Positions 37,901 through 49,029 of a stretch of 64,000 nucleotides of DNA are shown here, in pieces. How positions within the stretch are numbered: the first letter of the stretch is position 1; each line of letters begins with the position of its first letter. Below the pieces are notes generated by a model that was not told the origin of the DNA, did not search any database, and saw nothing but the letters and a program-made list of their open reading frames with translations. The position numbers were made by a program, and so were the translations under genes. This stretch comes from Macrostomum lignano (taxonomy: Eukaryota), in NCBI GenBank assembly GCA_002269645.1, contig NIVC01002129.1, positions 1 to 64,000 on the forward strand. Reading direction: 5' to 3'.

Positions 37901-40900
37901 GGCGTCCGGTCTGCGGCCGGCACCCCGCTGGGGCCGGTGTTTGAGGCCGGCGAGTCGGCAGTTATAGCCGCAGGTATTGTTAGTATAGTTTACTTACGAT
38001 AATCTGTCTGTCTCAGCGATTGATTAATCACTTAGTGCTAATCACCGGTGTTGGGGGTGGCGGTTTCCTACTCTCTGGCTACGGATTTTCCAACGCGTAT
38101 TTTATTTATTTATTCATTTATTTTTTTATTCTCACCAGGAAATTTGAAGCAAAATGTCCTAATTTCACTACTCATAAGTAGAAAAATCAGAGTTTTACTC
38201 TATTTTCATTTGTTTCACTTTCATAAATTTTCCTCTCGCAGCCGGCTGGTTCAAGGACATCCGAGAGGTCACCGCGGGCAGCCGAGGTGCCAGTCCCAGG
38301 CGGCTGAGTGCCAGAGGTTTGTCAGAGATAAACAGCATCAGTTTTGTATTGTTATATCTGCTCTATTGTTGTCTACCTATTGAATTGTGTAGGACTTTTA
38401 TAATCTACATATTTTGTTCTTTTATGTAACACTGGTTGATTCGAAATAACCCTGATTCCGGCTTTGAAAAGTTAACTAACTGGCATTATTTATTTATATC
38501 GAAGTTGACTAACCCGATCTGTTGTGCTCTTACAAGTTGTTTTAACGCATATTTATATTTTTCCGCTTAAATTGAATCTCATATTTAAAAAAAATCCACT
38601 TGTTATTATTTCAAGTAGGCAAGCCGCAGATTAATCGATTATAATTTTTTTAAGTTTACTGTACTATTAAACTTTCAAATTTTTTCCACTGTAAGTAAGG
38701 GATAAGTAGCATGATTGAGAACTAAAATTTCATTTTTACGTAGATAATTTTAACTTTAAAATGTTCCAATCATCCTACTGCAAGTAGGCAAGTAACGAAT
38801 TTTACTATTAAAATTTATTTCCATACAAAACGCACCAAGGTCCCCCAGTAATGCTAAACGGAGAGGAATACGAGAATATTGAAATGCGAGGAGCCGGCGG
38901 CTCAGCCTCGCTGATCTCGTCGACAACCTCGGCGCCGGCTTCGGCCACCGGCCCGGATCCGATGCGAGACCTGCGTGTTAGCGGCGGCCTCGGGGGCGAC
39001 GGCGGAGGCGACGCTTCGCCTTCATCAGATTGCGGCGCGCGGCCGCCCCCGGTGGCAAGCAAGAGTCGCTACTCGTCTGGCTGCCGGTACACCACGGCTG
39101 GCCAGCGAGTCCGAACTGTGGGAGCTGTGGGGGAGGACACAGGCAGGACCTACCTGTTCGAGCTCATCTCAGCTAAAGACCGCAGCCAGCTGTGGGATCA
39201 GGTGCAGTTCTGGGAGGACGCCTTTCTCGATGCTGTGGCCGCCGAACGGGACATTGTTGGCATGGATCAGGTCCCCAACGAGATGATGTCCAGGTGGGTT
39301 GCGCTGGATGTAGGGAGATGAATGGAGAATGTAGGGAGAATGAGAGAGATGAAGGGAGAATGTAGGGAGATGATGGGAGAATGTAGGGAGATGATGGGAG
39401 AATGTAGGGAGATGAAGGGAGAATGTAGAAAAATGAAGGGAGAATGTAGGGAGACAAAAGGAGAATGTAGGGAGATGATGGGATAATTTAGGGAGATGAA
39501 GGGAGAATGTAGGGAGATGATGGGAGAATGTAGGGAGATGATTAGAGAATGTAGGGATACGAGGAGAACTAAGGAGAACTCGTATGAAGGGAGAATTTAG
39601 AGAGATGAAGGGAGAATGTGGGGAAATAAAATGGGAATTCAGAGAGATGAAGGGAGAATTCAGGCAGAATGTAGAGAGACGAAGGGAGGCGAAGAGTGGA
39701 ATAGATAGGCAGAAAGGAAAACGGATCAGCTGAGGAAGCAACAAGACCACCCCGCGTGATTCGCAGGTACGAGTCCCTCGGCAAGGCGGAGCGCAAACGC
39801 TTAGAATTGGACGAAGACCGCCTGCTGAGCACAATGCTGTACAACCTGGTAGCATTCATGGTCATGATGCGAGTTGACACGGCCGAACTCAAAAAGAAGG
39901 TTTGTTTGCTAATAAGCTGCTAGGGCCATTTGGAGCTTGTGTGCGTGAAAATTGGCGATTTACATTCATCAGGGCCAACCCAAAAGGCACAGAGTGTGAA
40001 TGTCTAATCATTCTAAGAAAGGGCCTCTGTACATGCCTGTGCACAGTATCGACGCGCCTCTTAACTTTATTTTATCGTTAGGCATGTACACTTCCCTGCC
40101 GAACTCAGAAAGCTTCCAGTTTATGAATAGAGTTTCCAGTTTATGAATAGAGTTTCCAGTTTATGAATAGAGTTTCCAGTTTATGAATAGAGTTTCCAGT
40201 TTATGAATAGAGTTTCCAGTTCATGAATAGAGTTTCTAGTTTATGAATAGAGTTTCCAGTTTATGAATAGAGTTTCTAGTTTATGAATAGAGTTTCTAGT
40301 TTATGAATAGAGTTTCCAGTTTATGAATAGAGTTTCTAGTTTATGAATAGAGTTTCTAGTTTATGAATAGAGTTTCCAGTTTATGAATAGAGTTTCCAGT
40401 TTATGAATAGAGTGTCCAGTTTATGAATCGAGTTTCCAGTTTATGGATAGAGTTTCCAGTTTATGAATAGTCTCTAGTCAGTTTAAACAAAAGTGCCTCA
40501 CCTGAACTCTCGCCAACCGCAGGTGCGCCGCTTGCTAGGCAAGAGTCACATCGGCCTGCACTACAGCCAGGAGATCAACGCCCTCCTTGACCAGCTCAGC
40601 GGACTCTCAGGCAACGATATCGACCTGAAACCGCCATTGAGCAGGTTTATGCAGAAACAGTCATTTGCTGTCCACTGTGGCCAGGACAAAACTGGAGATC
40701 TCCGATTCTTGGAGGTCTGCGACGACTGCTTGATCCTGAGAGCTTGCTCAGGCGCTGTCGTTGACCGATGGTGGTACGAGAAGCTGGTCAACATGACCTT
40801 CTGTCCGAGCACTCGGGTGCTGGTGCTGTGGCGCAAAGACATCGGCAGCTCTAACAGTTGCGCCGACCCGATGCGCAGCACCGCACCGGCTGTTAAGAGC

Positions 40901-43900
40901 GTCTTCTACAGCAAGAAATGCCGTGACGTGTACAATTGCATCCGGGACCAGATGGCCAGGGCTGCTGCTAAGACTGTGCACAGGGCTGATGCGCTGGGTG
41001 AGCCACCACTTCTGGTGTGATGAAAGAGAAGTCTCTCAAAAAGCCTCTCAAATCCACCCCTAGCCTGTCAATTTTACCCCTAATATCCCAAATCTACCCA
41101 TAGCCTCTTAAATCTACTCATAGTCTCTCAAATCTACCCCTAGCCTGTCAATTTTACCCCTAGTATCCCAAATCTACCCATAGCCTCTTAAATCTATTCT
41201 AGCCTCTTACACTGTAAATCTACTCTATCCTCTTAAATCTACTCATAGCCTCTTAAATCTACTCATAGCCTCTTAAATCTACTCATAGCCTCTCAAATCT
41301 ACCCCTAGCCTTTCCAACCTACCCTACCCTCTCCAACTACCCCTAGCCTATATAACCTACTAAAACTTCCGTATAGTGAGCAGACCCTAATCATTATCAT
41401 CCACCCCAAAACCTACCCAACCTACCCCATCCCCAGGCATCGCAGGCGAGCTGGGCAGCCGTTACGAAGTGGTTGAGACCAGCAGCGGAGAGTCCGGCAT
41501 TCTGCAGGTCAGCATGCAGGGAATGCAGCTCACTCTGAGCAGTTCGCCCAAGGTAAATTGCAAATATTTTTGTATTTTCATTGTTGTATCGTTTAAACAT
41601 TTTTACTCAGTTCTACCTCGCAGTTGTCTGTTGTCAATTTACATATACTTACCATTGTTATATTGAAGTTTATAACACAGTACAATATTGATTCTCATTG
41701 ACAGCAGCCAATCTTCATAGAGATGTCCAGCATAAAGCGTTGCTTTGAGAAGCAGCCAAATTTATTAGTTGTTGAAGTTTGCGGTAAGCTGCAGTCGGCC
41801 TAGCTGAGTGCAACACAGTTTTTTTTCAATCGCCTTATTGACTTATTTCTGAGTCATACATGTAGCGCATAAGTTATAACGTTAATTATTCAAGCATTGA
41901 TTAACACAAAGCCATAGGTGTGCGTTACGAGAGGTGGTTGTGTTGGAAAAGTTCTGACACTTAATCTCAACAAAAATATGCACAATCAACATAAGCGTGA
42001 TTAATTCTTAGTAAGAAAAATTTGCCGGTTTAAAATGACACGAATGTGTTTCTGTTCTTTTTCTGTACAATTAAAAGTGTCAGAACTTTCCGGACAGCCC
42101 TCGTATTGCGTTAGAGGTTATTCGCGATGATAATTTTTCCCTAATAATTGACCAAAATCAAAGTCAAGCCCGCCTGCGACTGCACAAACTTTATGGAATC
42201 TACAGTGTGTATGATAAAGTTTTAATTGTAATACATTATAAATTCCATTGTATAATTATAATACGAGTATAAATATATGCCTGGTTTTAGCCTAATATAT
42301 AACTAAAAAGTTATAAACATTTCGCCATTATCATGCAAATTAATTCACCCAAAATCATAGTTTACTAACAGTAGTATATATAAAGCTTAACGCTAAAATT
42401 AATATTTTAACAAACATTTTTAATTTTTTATCAGCATTCGATTTGTTTTTCAGATGTTTCACAATTAGCCAATTTTAATACTCGTTTTAATCTATTTTTC
42501 AGACCCAGAGAAGCGAGAAGTCAGGCAGATGACGTTTCGATCAGATTGCGTAAGCTTAAAATTTTAGAGCAATTTTCCAAAAAAATCCTGTTTTCGTGTC
42601 GTAATGTTGTGATGATCATCATTCTCTCTGACTGTGTTGTTTTCGTCCTCGCTTGTCTCTGTGTTTCAGAGTCTTTTATATAGGGAAGTTATGGAATCAT
42701 TAGGATAGGAGGTTAAAGAATAAATTTATTTGGTTTAGAAAAAAAGTACTCTACTCTTATATTATCATCACTTCTGTTTTTCCTCTCGAAGTGTAATCCT
42801 TGATTATTTTTTGTTTAAATACGCTTTAACCCCACGCATAGTTAAATTTACGGTTTCGGAAATAATTTCAGAAATTTATTAAAAATCGACTAGCTTTAAA
42901 AACTGGCTTTAAAGTAGAACAATAATATCTACTGGAAGAAAATCTAACTATATATATTGTTAATAATAAAAATTCAGGTGCCGGATCTGCTATTACTTTT
43001 CCACCGGGTGGTGTCAGTTCAGGTGCACAAGCGGATGGCCGCCGACAGGACTAATAATAATAATAATAATACCAGCGGCAACAGTGGCTCGCTAAGCTTA
43101 TCCGCCGCCAGTCATGCCGCTTTGTGACATTCGATATCCTATCTATTAATAAAAGTATAGCTGATCAATTACCTATCACATCGGTGCATCGAATTACTTC
43201 TGTGTGTTTAAAATATTAAAATAAATTTTCTTGTGCTCACAGCTAGGGAGTCTGAAAGTATTCTCTGAAAAACTTCAGAAATTATTTTAATTATTGTCAT
43301 CTCCAGTTAGTCGTTTCTTGGGCATTTAATTAGGCTCTTCTTTTCCTACGGAAGTCTTAGTCTATGTTAGTTTTTCATGTCCATTTGTTTCTCAGGCCCG
43401 AAAACTAGGTCTGAGAAATCGTTTGTCAGTGCTGAAGATGAGTTAAATGCCGTAAGAAGACACGACAGCAAAACGTCTAGATGCCGCTGCCCGAACAGTG
43501 TCATCAGAGTCATCTGCAGCTAGATTGGCAGTAGTCATAGATGCAGTAGTGGTGCAAGGATGCAAACAGAATTGATCAACTCAAAATCCAAGTTCGGGCA
43601 AATCCATCTCGCTGTCTCCTTCTGTCTTAGTCTAATAAACAGCTCGATCTATATGTAGTAGGTTCTCTTTAGAGATTTTGTCTATGGCGAATATATAAAA
43701 AAACATTTGTCTATAGATCTGTCTCCACATCCCCGTTGGAAGAACTGGAGATGAAATTTTATCACACCCTCATATAAATGTGTTCTATGGTCGAAGGTCC
43801 TCTGACGCTATTCTCAATTGCCTCGGCCTGATAAAAACGCATCCTCGGACTTTCTTTTCCATAGAACACATTATGGGCGGGAGTGATACTGCACTTAAAT

Positions 43901-45499
43901 TTGATATAAATATCCCTGCTGTGTGTACAATCGCTTACAATGTGCATATTTTCCATATTGTTACGGTACTTGGCAACGAATATTTATTTTAATATTCTTC
44001 AGTATATTTCTGTGTATTTTGTTGTAAGTGTAAGGTGATCATTCCTGTGTTATTTTATATTTTATTTACCATTGAGTTACATTCCTTGTTTTGTATAATT
44101 AACTACTCCATTTATTGAAATAATATCGTAAAACAATGCAATTAATGTTCGATGGCTATGTCTCAGTCCCTTTGATGTTTACTAAATAGTCGACATGGGT
44201 AGGTTGATACTATAGCTTTCATTATATATATATATATATATAAAGATTCAAAAGAATGTAAATGAGCATAACTTAAAGCTTTTACTTAGTGTATTTTTAG
44301 AAGTTTAAAAACAATTTATAAGTTTTAAAATTTCTTATTTTGTTTCTTCTTAATTATCAATACTTCCGCTGCATAAAATAAAATGGTATGGCTAAATAAA
44401 AAATTATTGTCATATTTGTGTTTGTTTAAATGCCATATTCTCCTTGAATTTTTATTACCAGCACACTCATATATATTATATAGAATATGTATACTCATTG
44501 ACAAATTATAATATTAACGTCATCCTCACGTGGCTGTGATCGGTGTCTCTGAGAAATTCAAGCATCGAACTTTTACATTTTTTTGACTCATTTGTTTCTC
44601 CGCCAAATAATATTGTATTTGTTAATATAGATTGCTTCTGGTTGAGTTACTATATACTGTACATCTCTGTGGTGTTTTTGTCTGCCAAATTAATCTCAAT
44701 GAAGCTGTTTAGGGTATTAATACATTTAGCTTGCTTTGTACCTGTCCTGTGATTCCTGTTGTATTGCCTGACTAGTATTTTTCGTTTTTGTCCTTTCATC
44801 TCCTCCCTAGTTGCGCTTATTTATATTCTAAGTGCCATCCTAACCATTCCATTCATTTTTATGCCATTTACAGAAAAACAAAATAAAGACATTTTACGAG
44901 CTAGTATGCTGTACACATATATATTTATTTCAAGATGTGATTTGTTGTGATTTATGAAAAAACATATTGATAAAAACTTTAGAAAAGTTGTTTATATTTG
45001 TTTTTTTATTTATCTATACGAATAGTTTTTTGTGAATATGATTGGGTTTTATTGTACTAATATTATTTAAAAGGTAAATCAATGAATATACATCGGTTTA
45101 ATCCTATCTAGATATTTTATGCCAGCTTCCCAATGACTTCACGTGGTCCTTACAACCCCACTGTGCATATGTATGCAGACTCAGACACTCGTCCAGTTCT
45201 GTTCCGAATCCAAAGCTCCTTAAATGCTAGCGAAACGAAAACTCGTCGGCCCTTATGTATGATATCCACTTAAGTATACTGTAGATCTGCTTTGCCTAGA
45301 GACTGATCGTGTGTACATGGATGGAGCAGGTAAATTAGTTATAATCTATTTCAATTCTAGCCTACCTTTGCATAGGGTGCATAATTATACGTATTCGCAG
45401 TTGATTTCTAAGAAAAAGACATGTATTTTCTTCCCGCAGGCTGAAGAGATCTGCCATTCGTTTGTGCACGCAATAGCCGACAACCTAATGGGCGAATGA
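16652..45499 (+). CDS. MADD: MAP kinase-activating death domain protein (DENN/MADD, Rab3 GEF, AEX-3), 21 coding exons, ~1659 aa
   Basis: Exons: 16652-17205, 17607-17748, 17908-18036, 18122-18397, 21926-22006, 27916-28504, 30123-30182, 33369-33766, 34348-34382, 34484-34824, 36465-37042, 37426-37534, 37717-37973, 38242-38316, 38849-39293, 39767-39899, 40523-40997, 41437-41552, 41705-41783, 42503-42549, 45440-45499. All junctions are GT-AG and phase-compatible, except that exon 13 needs +1 nt. Hallmarks include [100 protein letters not shown] and [14 protein letters not shown]. Confidence 0.95.
17233..17490. repeat. 41-bp minisatellite, MADD intron 1
   Basis: agtgtatccgctaatccctaatcccaaatctataatcctcc, about 6 copies. 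Confidence 0.9.
17607..18397 (+). CDS. MADD: MADD exons 2-4 (DENN core): 17607-17748, 17908-18036, 18122-18397
   Basis: [19 protein letters not shown]; [18 protein letters not shown]; [10 protein letters not shown]...[11 protein letters not shown]. Splice sites are canonical. Confidence 0.95.
17749..17884. repeat. (GTCT)n microsatellite beginning at the donor GT of intron 2
   Basis: Direct reading. Confidence 0.97.
18412..18580. repeat. 28-bp minisatellite
   Basis: gccagcctcccagatcctcagttgctgg, about 6 copies. Confidence 0.92.
18665..18935. mobile_element. MITE with imperfect TIRs and TA flanks
   Basis: TA|cagacatacatgcgcaa ... ttgcgcatgtatgtg|TA, with a 14-bp perfect inverted core acatacatgcgcaa. 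Confidence 0.5.
19360..19940. repeat. Pyrimidine-rich tract ending in (CT)n
   Basis: tctcatctc-like degenerate repeats, then nearly pure (CT)n at about 19707-19940. Confidence 0.95.
20440..21545. repeat. 24-bp minisatellite
   Basis: gagtgaaaatcgagtgacatt(gcg/tta), about 45 copies. Confidence 0.95.
21926..22006 (+). CDS. MADD: MADD exon 5
   Basis: ttgcag|[27 protein letters not shown]|gtgag. Confidence 0.9.
22210..22790. repeat. 27-bp minisatellite
   Basis: ccctctgcctctgctcacactctatca, about 21 copies. Confidence 0.95.
23656..27248. mobile_element. 3.6-kb non-autonomous CACTA/EnSpm(CMC)-type DNA transposon in MADD intron 5
   Basis: Termini CCCAGTGTCC (23656) and GGACACTGGG (27239-27248), with continued imperfect inverted similarity (ataatgccg / cggcataat). 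It has a 2-bp TSD GT on both sides, a ~170-bp subterminal tandem duplicate at 23680-24010 and an AT-rich non-coding interior. Confidence 0.8.
27310..27845. repeat. 50-bp minisatellite
   Basis: gagtgtacatcgggtctggctgata(t/a)ggggagggttttgtgtggagagt-type unit, about 10.5 copies. Confidence 0.96.
27916..28504 (+). CDS. MADD: MADD exon 6 (dDENN)
   Basis: ALASMS...[25 protein letters not shown]...[14 protein letters not shown]...IGDKPKWF; donor G|gtgagt. Confidence 0.95.
28530..29705. repeat. (TTAG)n microsatellite, ~1.2 kb
   Basis: Direct reading; interspersed TCAG/TAAG variants. Confidence 0.98.
30423..31135. repeat. 9-bp minisatellite with 180-bp higher-order period
   Basis: gaccctgaa/gatcctgat units; the ccggaagact variant recurs at 30526, 30706 and 30886. 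Confidence 0.95.
31715..33225. repeat. 33-bp minisatellite
   Basis: tctttaccacaccctcaacccatcctctc(c/g)aat-type unit, about 45 copies. Confidence 0.97.
33369..34824 (+). CDS. MADD: MADD exons 8-10: 33369-33766, 34348-34382, 34484-34824
   Basis: [16 protein letters not shown] matches the MADD SSYSSLxDFVSEM motif; the 35-nt microexon reconciles phase 0 with phase 2. Confidence 0.8.
33805..34265. repeat. 24-bp minisatellite
   Basis: tcttatctgtgtcttacctgactc, about 19 copies. Confidence 0.96.
34836..34935. repeat. (GTCT)n microsatellite
   Basis: Direct reading. Confidence 0.95.
35150..35550 (+). mobile_element. Decayed Penelope-like retroelement 3' end (GIY-YIG endonuclease)
   Basis: [32 protein letters not shown] ... 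[26 protein letters not shown] ... [16 protein letters not shown], with frameshifts; it matches the YIGxTxRxLxxRIxEH and EALxIxxxxPxLNxQ motifs. Confidence 0.75.
35690..36290. repeat. Compound 20+13-bp purine-rich minisatellite
   Basis: gatgagattgaaaggtgaga and gatgatattgaga units alternate irregularly. Confidence 0.93.
36465..37042 (+). CDS. MADD: MADD exon 11
   Basis: [21 protein letters not shown]...[11 protein letters not shown]. Confidence 0.93.
38849..42549 (+). CDS. MADD: MADD exons 15-20 (C-terminal death-domain-named region)
   Basis: [26 protein letters not shown]; [12 protein letters not shown]; [11 protein letters not shown]; [10 protein letters not shown]; [13 protein letters not shown]; GESGILQVS. 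Confidence 0.93.
39310..39670. repeat. 21-bp purine-rich minisatellite
   Basis: atgggagaatgtagggagatg units starting just after the exon 15 donor. Confidence 0.88.
40113..40470. repeat. 20-bp minisatellite
   Basis: agtttccagtttatgaatag, about 18 copies. Confidence 0.96.
41040..41360. repeat. Degenerate 20-bp minisatellite
   Basis: tagcctcttaaatctactca units. Confidence 0.85.
41928..42103. mobile_element. Mariner-derived MITE
   Basis: The right end reads (reverse complement) TA|CGAGGGCTGTCCGGAAAGTTCTGACAC and the left end TA|CGAGAGG...GGAAAAGTTCTGACAC; both ends have TA flanks. Confidence 0.6.
42978..43127 (+). CDS. MADD: Candidate alternative terminal exon of MADD
   Basis: Phase-0 acceptor aattcag|GTG, then 49 codons [34 protein letters not shown]...SHAAL*, with AATAAA at 43148-43153. 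Confidence 0.5.
   Translation: MPDLLLLFHRVVSVQVHKRMAADRTNNNNNNTSGNSGSLSLSAASHAAL
43761..43888. mobile_element. Tiny foldback element with ~30-bp imperfect TIRs
   Basis: atcacaccctcatataaatgtgttctatgg versus ccatagaacacattatgggcgggagtgat, with a 14-bp perfect core. Confidence 0.5.
45440..45499 (+). CDS. MADD: MADD canonical terminal exon
   Basis: ttcccgcag|[19 protein letters not shown], matching the AHEICxS motif at the MADD C-terminus. Confidence 0.85.
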   Translation, partial: AEEICHSFVHAIADNLMGE

Positions 45500-46941
45500 A
45501 GCTATCAGATTGAAACTGTCACATATATATATATAGAATACTTTCACTTAAAAGTTGCGCGTCTATAATATGCTAATTGTAAATACATGTTAATTGCGCA
45601 ATTTTAACTGTGGTTGCTGATAACTTGTTTAACTTTTTAACTCCCATCTATCGTAAATATGAAATATGATTATTTTTTATCATATTTAGATAAGAATATA
45701 AGCGCCTTGTCTGTCTTGAGAAAAAAAACAAGAAACCTCGTACTATTATAATGCAACCCGAAATACTAAAGTTTTGTAAAAAAACAATAAAGGGGACATT
45801 AAATTTATATATAAAAACAAGATATATACTTTGTCAATTGCGAGAATCTCTATATTAATGATACGCTCGTATTTCAGCCAATCAACTACAAAGGAACTTT
45901 TTAGGCTATTTTGCGAATCTACGATCACATTATACGTGCAATCAGATGTGTATCATCTTCAATATGTATGTCTAGATATTTTTTCTTTATTGAAACATTC
46001 TTCCTTTCCGTGTCAACTTAAAAACGCATTAACTTATTTTCATTAATTGGTGTACCTGCTTTATGCTTTACTTTTGGTTGCAGGATCGAATCTATGTGGT
46101 TTTGGCTTTGCATCTATTGTATTGTTTCACTGGAATAGATTGTAAGCATGATTCATTCACAAATCAATTTCAAGGCATTAAAGTGCAATAATGTTTGTGG
46201 TGGTTCTCAATCGAAAGCTAATTATTATTTAAATTGCCTTTTGTTTCAAAAAATTCTAGTTTTTTTTAATCGTGCAGTAATTACTAGATGATGAAATTTA
46301 CAAAAACACTTTGCATTGCGTATGGCTAGAATTTATTATAGCTTGCACTCGACAATAAATACATCCATACTTTATATTCTCCTATCGAGATACAAACATT
46401 TTATGGTTAAAATTCTCTGAATAAAATATTTCCTTTGTTAAATTTTGTTAGTTTTTTTCTTCGAGGTACACTGTAAAACATTACTGATTTAGCTGGTTTA
46501 CTATAAAGAGAAACGCATACAGAGTTAACAAGCTTCCGTAATGCAAATTGATCTTTTTCTGCAAACCGCTGGAATTTTAAATCAATGCAGGAATTAGAAA
46601 GTCTGCTTATTTACACTGTTTATATACGAGCGTATTACTTGCTAGCTTGCTTCAAGCAAGTAAAATATATGTACAAGTATATTGTATCCTTACAGCTTCT
46701 GTTTGCATTTGGTAAACATTTTTGCTAGTCCAAACACACAATGCTAAACTCAATTCAAGATTTTTTTTCAATTTAGAGTTCATCGGAAACACGCAAGATT
46801 TTTAGTTTACTAAAGTGGACTTTTTGTGATTGGCTGCAGATTTGCCATTGATTTGCAGTCTTGAGAAAATAAAACATGCACACAGCTTGCATCTGGGTGG
46901 AATGGAAGACTTCAACAAACCGTGGTCGCGTTAGAATCGGT

Positions 46942-48642
46942 ATGTCAGACCAACAACAGGATGCCGCATCTTTCAGACAGAGGAATCGACTGCTGACTTG
47001 GCTGGCTCCGCTGGAGAACTGCATGCAGAGCAGCTCAGTACACGGATTGAGCAGATTAGTTGGCGACACGAAACCGCTGTACCTTCGCATCGCCTGGCTC
47101 ATCGCTGTCCTTCTCTCGTTCGCTTTCTGCAGTTTGCGCATATTTGAACTCTGCGAACGATTCTCCAGTCGGAACATAGCCTGGACGGTGCGCGAGAACG
47201 CCATCAGCTTTGAGTTTCCGGATCTGTACGTGTGCAATGCGAATCCAATTTCTGGTAGCTTTCCAGGAATTCTCAACTCCTCGTCTATCGGGGTGCTGAA
47301 TCGGTACAGGCGAATGGCTAGAGAGTCGACTGCAAGATTTCGCGACGCTTGGAACCAGTCTGAGCTGGCTCTGTACCCTGCGCTGCTAGTCAACAGCCTG
47401 CCATTCCAGTTCCTGTCGGATCACCTGGCTCACAGGGCCTACCAGACTGTAATCTTTTCCAGCCTAACAACCACCTTTGTTCCGGTGAAGACTTTCTACC
47501 ATCCCCGCTATGTCAACTGCATCAGCCTCAACATGAGCGAGGCCGATCGACTCGTGTCCGGGCACCGGGGATTCGGTGTGTTTCTCATTCTGTTTCTAGA
47601 CTCCCTGCTGTCAACAGTCAGCGATATCGATAGCATCGATTTTCTAAACGGAAATTCCAGTCTGTCTCTTGTGGATTTAGACTGGGATTTCGGCGTGGAC
47701 TATTGGCGCCCTAACGGATTCCACGTATTCCTGACTCCGAAAGATGAGTACCCGAGCGAGCTGGGTGCCCACTTTACTGTAGGACCCGGGCAACAGGCTC
47801 GAGCCCAGGTCCGCATGGAGGACACCGTGTACAATCCTGGCGATTTTCCTGACATCTGCGGCTCCGATGCGGGTAACAAAGGAGAGTCAGACTGGATTGA
47901 TTTTGTTAATCCTTACACTAAAGCGAAAGAGAGGTTTCTAAAGAGCCAGGAAACCTGCTTCTATCAAGAGCTGGCCAGCCTGTATCAGAAGTTAATGAAC
48001 TGTTCGGGCTCCCGAATACCACTGGCCTGGGCTTACCGGCACCTGCCCTATTGTATGAACATCACTAACGGTGAAAGGACACCGATAGACAGTAAATTTC
48101 ATCGACTTCGAAGCGACGCAACCATTGCCGCCTTGCAGAAGTGCGACAAGTTCAAGCGCTGCAAGACCCGTTCCTACACTTACGACTACTCTTCCAGCGG
48201 CCTGACGCAAGACCATACTGCTCAGCAATTCCTTGCCGCCGCGATTCGTAGCAACTACGTGAGTCTAAAATCCACCGGCCTAAAACTGCCAGGCATTGAG
48301 CACCTGCTCCAGCTGAACAATAGTAACAATCTGGAGAAGTTCCGTCAATCGATTGCCCAGATTTCGGTGTCGGCCGTGTCCAGTCAGAGCCGCGAGGTGG
48401 AACTGTCGTTACGCTACAACGCCAACTCGCTGTTGGCGGATGCCGGGGGGATGCTGGGCTTCTTCCTGGGCATGTCACTGCTGTCAATGCTGGAGCTGCT
48501 GGAACTCCTGCATAACTGCGCCCGCTACGTCTGCCGCAGTTGGAAAAAACGCGTCCTTGCCAACGATGAGAAGTCGACGACATCCATGCAACAGACTGAG
48601 CCGGAAACGATTGATGGCACCACAACCGCGTCCGAAGTTTAA
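46942..48642 (+). CDS. Intronless DEG/ENaC (ASIC-like) amiloride-sensitive sodium channel subunit, 566 aa
   Basis: Pre-TM1 SSSVHG motif, TM1 LRIAWLIAVLLSFAFC, FPDLYVCNANP, HPRYVNCISLN, and TM2 SLLADAGGMLGFFLGMSLLSMLELLE with GxS filter. The first true ATG is at 46942; the track ORF begins at an upstream GTG. Confidence 0.93.
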   Translation: MSDQQQDAASFRQRNRLLTWLAPLENCMQSSSVHGLSRLVGDTKPLYLRIAWLIAVLLSFAFCSLRIFELCERFSSRNIAWTVRENAISFEFPDLYVCNANPISGSFPGILNSSSIGVLNRYRRMARESTARFRDAWNQSELALYPALLVNSLPFQFLSDHLAHRAYQTVIFSSLTTTFVPVKTFYHPRYVNCISLNMSEADRLVSGHRGFGVFLILFLDSLLSTVSDIDSIDFLNGNSSLSLVDLDWDFGVDYWRPNGFHVFLTPKDEYPSELGAHFTVGPGQQARAQVRMEDTVYNPGDFPDICGSDAGNKGESDWIDFVNPYTKAKERFLKSQETCFYQELASLYQKLMNCSGSRIPLAWAYRHLPYCMNITNGERTPIDSKFHRLRSDATIAALQKCDKFKRCKTRSYTYDYSSSGLTQDHTAQQFLAAAIRSNYVSLKSTGLKLPGIEHLLQLNNSNNLEKFRQSIAQISVSAVSSQSREVELSLRYNANSLLADAGGMLGFFLGMSLLSMLELLELLHNCARYVCRSWKKRVLANDEKSTTSMQQTEPETIDGTTTASEV

Positions 48643-49029
48643 CGACGTCAATGGCGACAAATTTTAAAACTAACTGAGAAGTCTGGATTCGTTTATTTAA
48701 ACAGTGCCAGAGCTTGACTGCCAAGGACCAGTAAATTAGGGACATAACATTCACATTAGCACCGTGTGTACTCTAAACTGTTTTGTTGTAGAGTGCATTG
48801 CATCGATTGATATTTAACTCGTATGTCACAGATAATCTTGAGACGCGAAAAATTCGCCCAGAAACAAATATATTAAAGAGATGGAAAGAAAGGTAATAAG
48901 TTTGCTACATTTGGCAGAAGCGTCTCCAGAAGCGCTTTTTCCTCAATCTATGTCAACCAAACAATGTTCTGGCTGCATGTGATCGTCGTAAAAACAATTA
49001 AGCAGAATGTATTTGAAATCGTTTACAAT

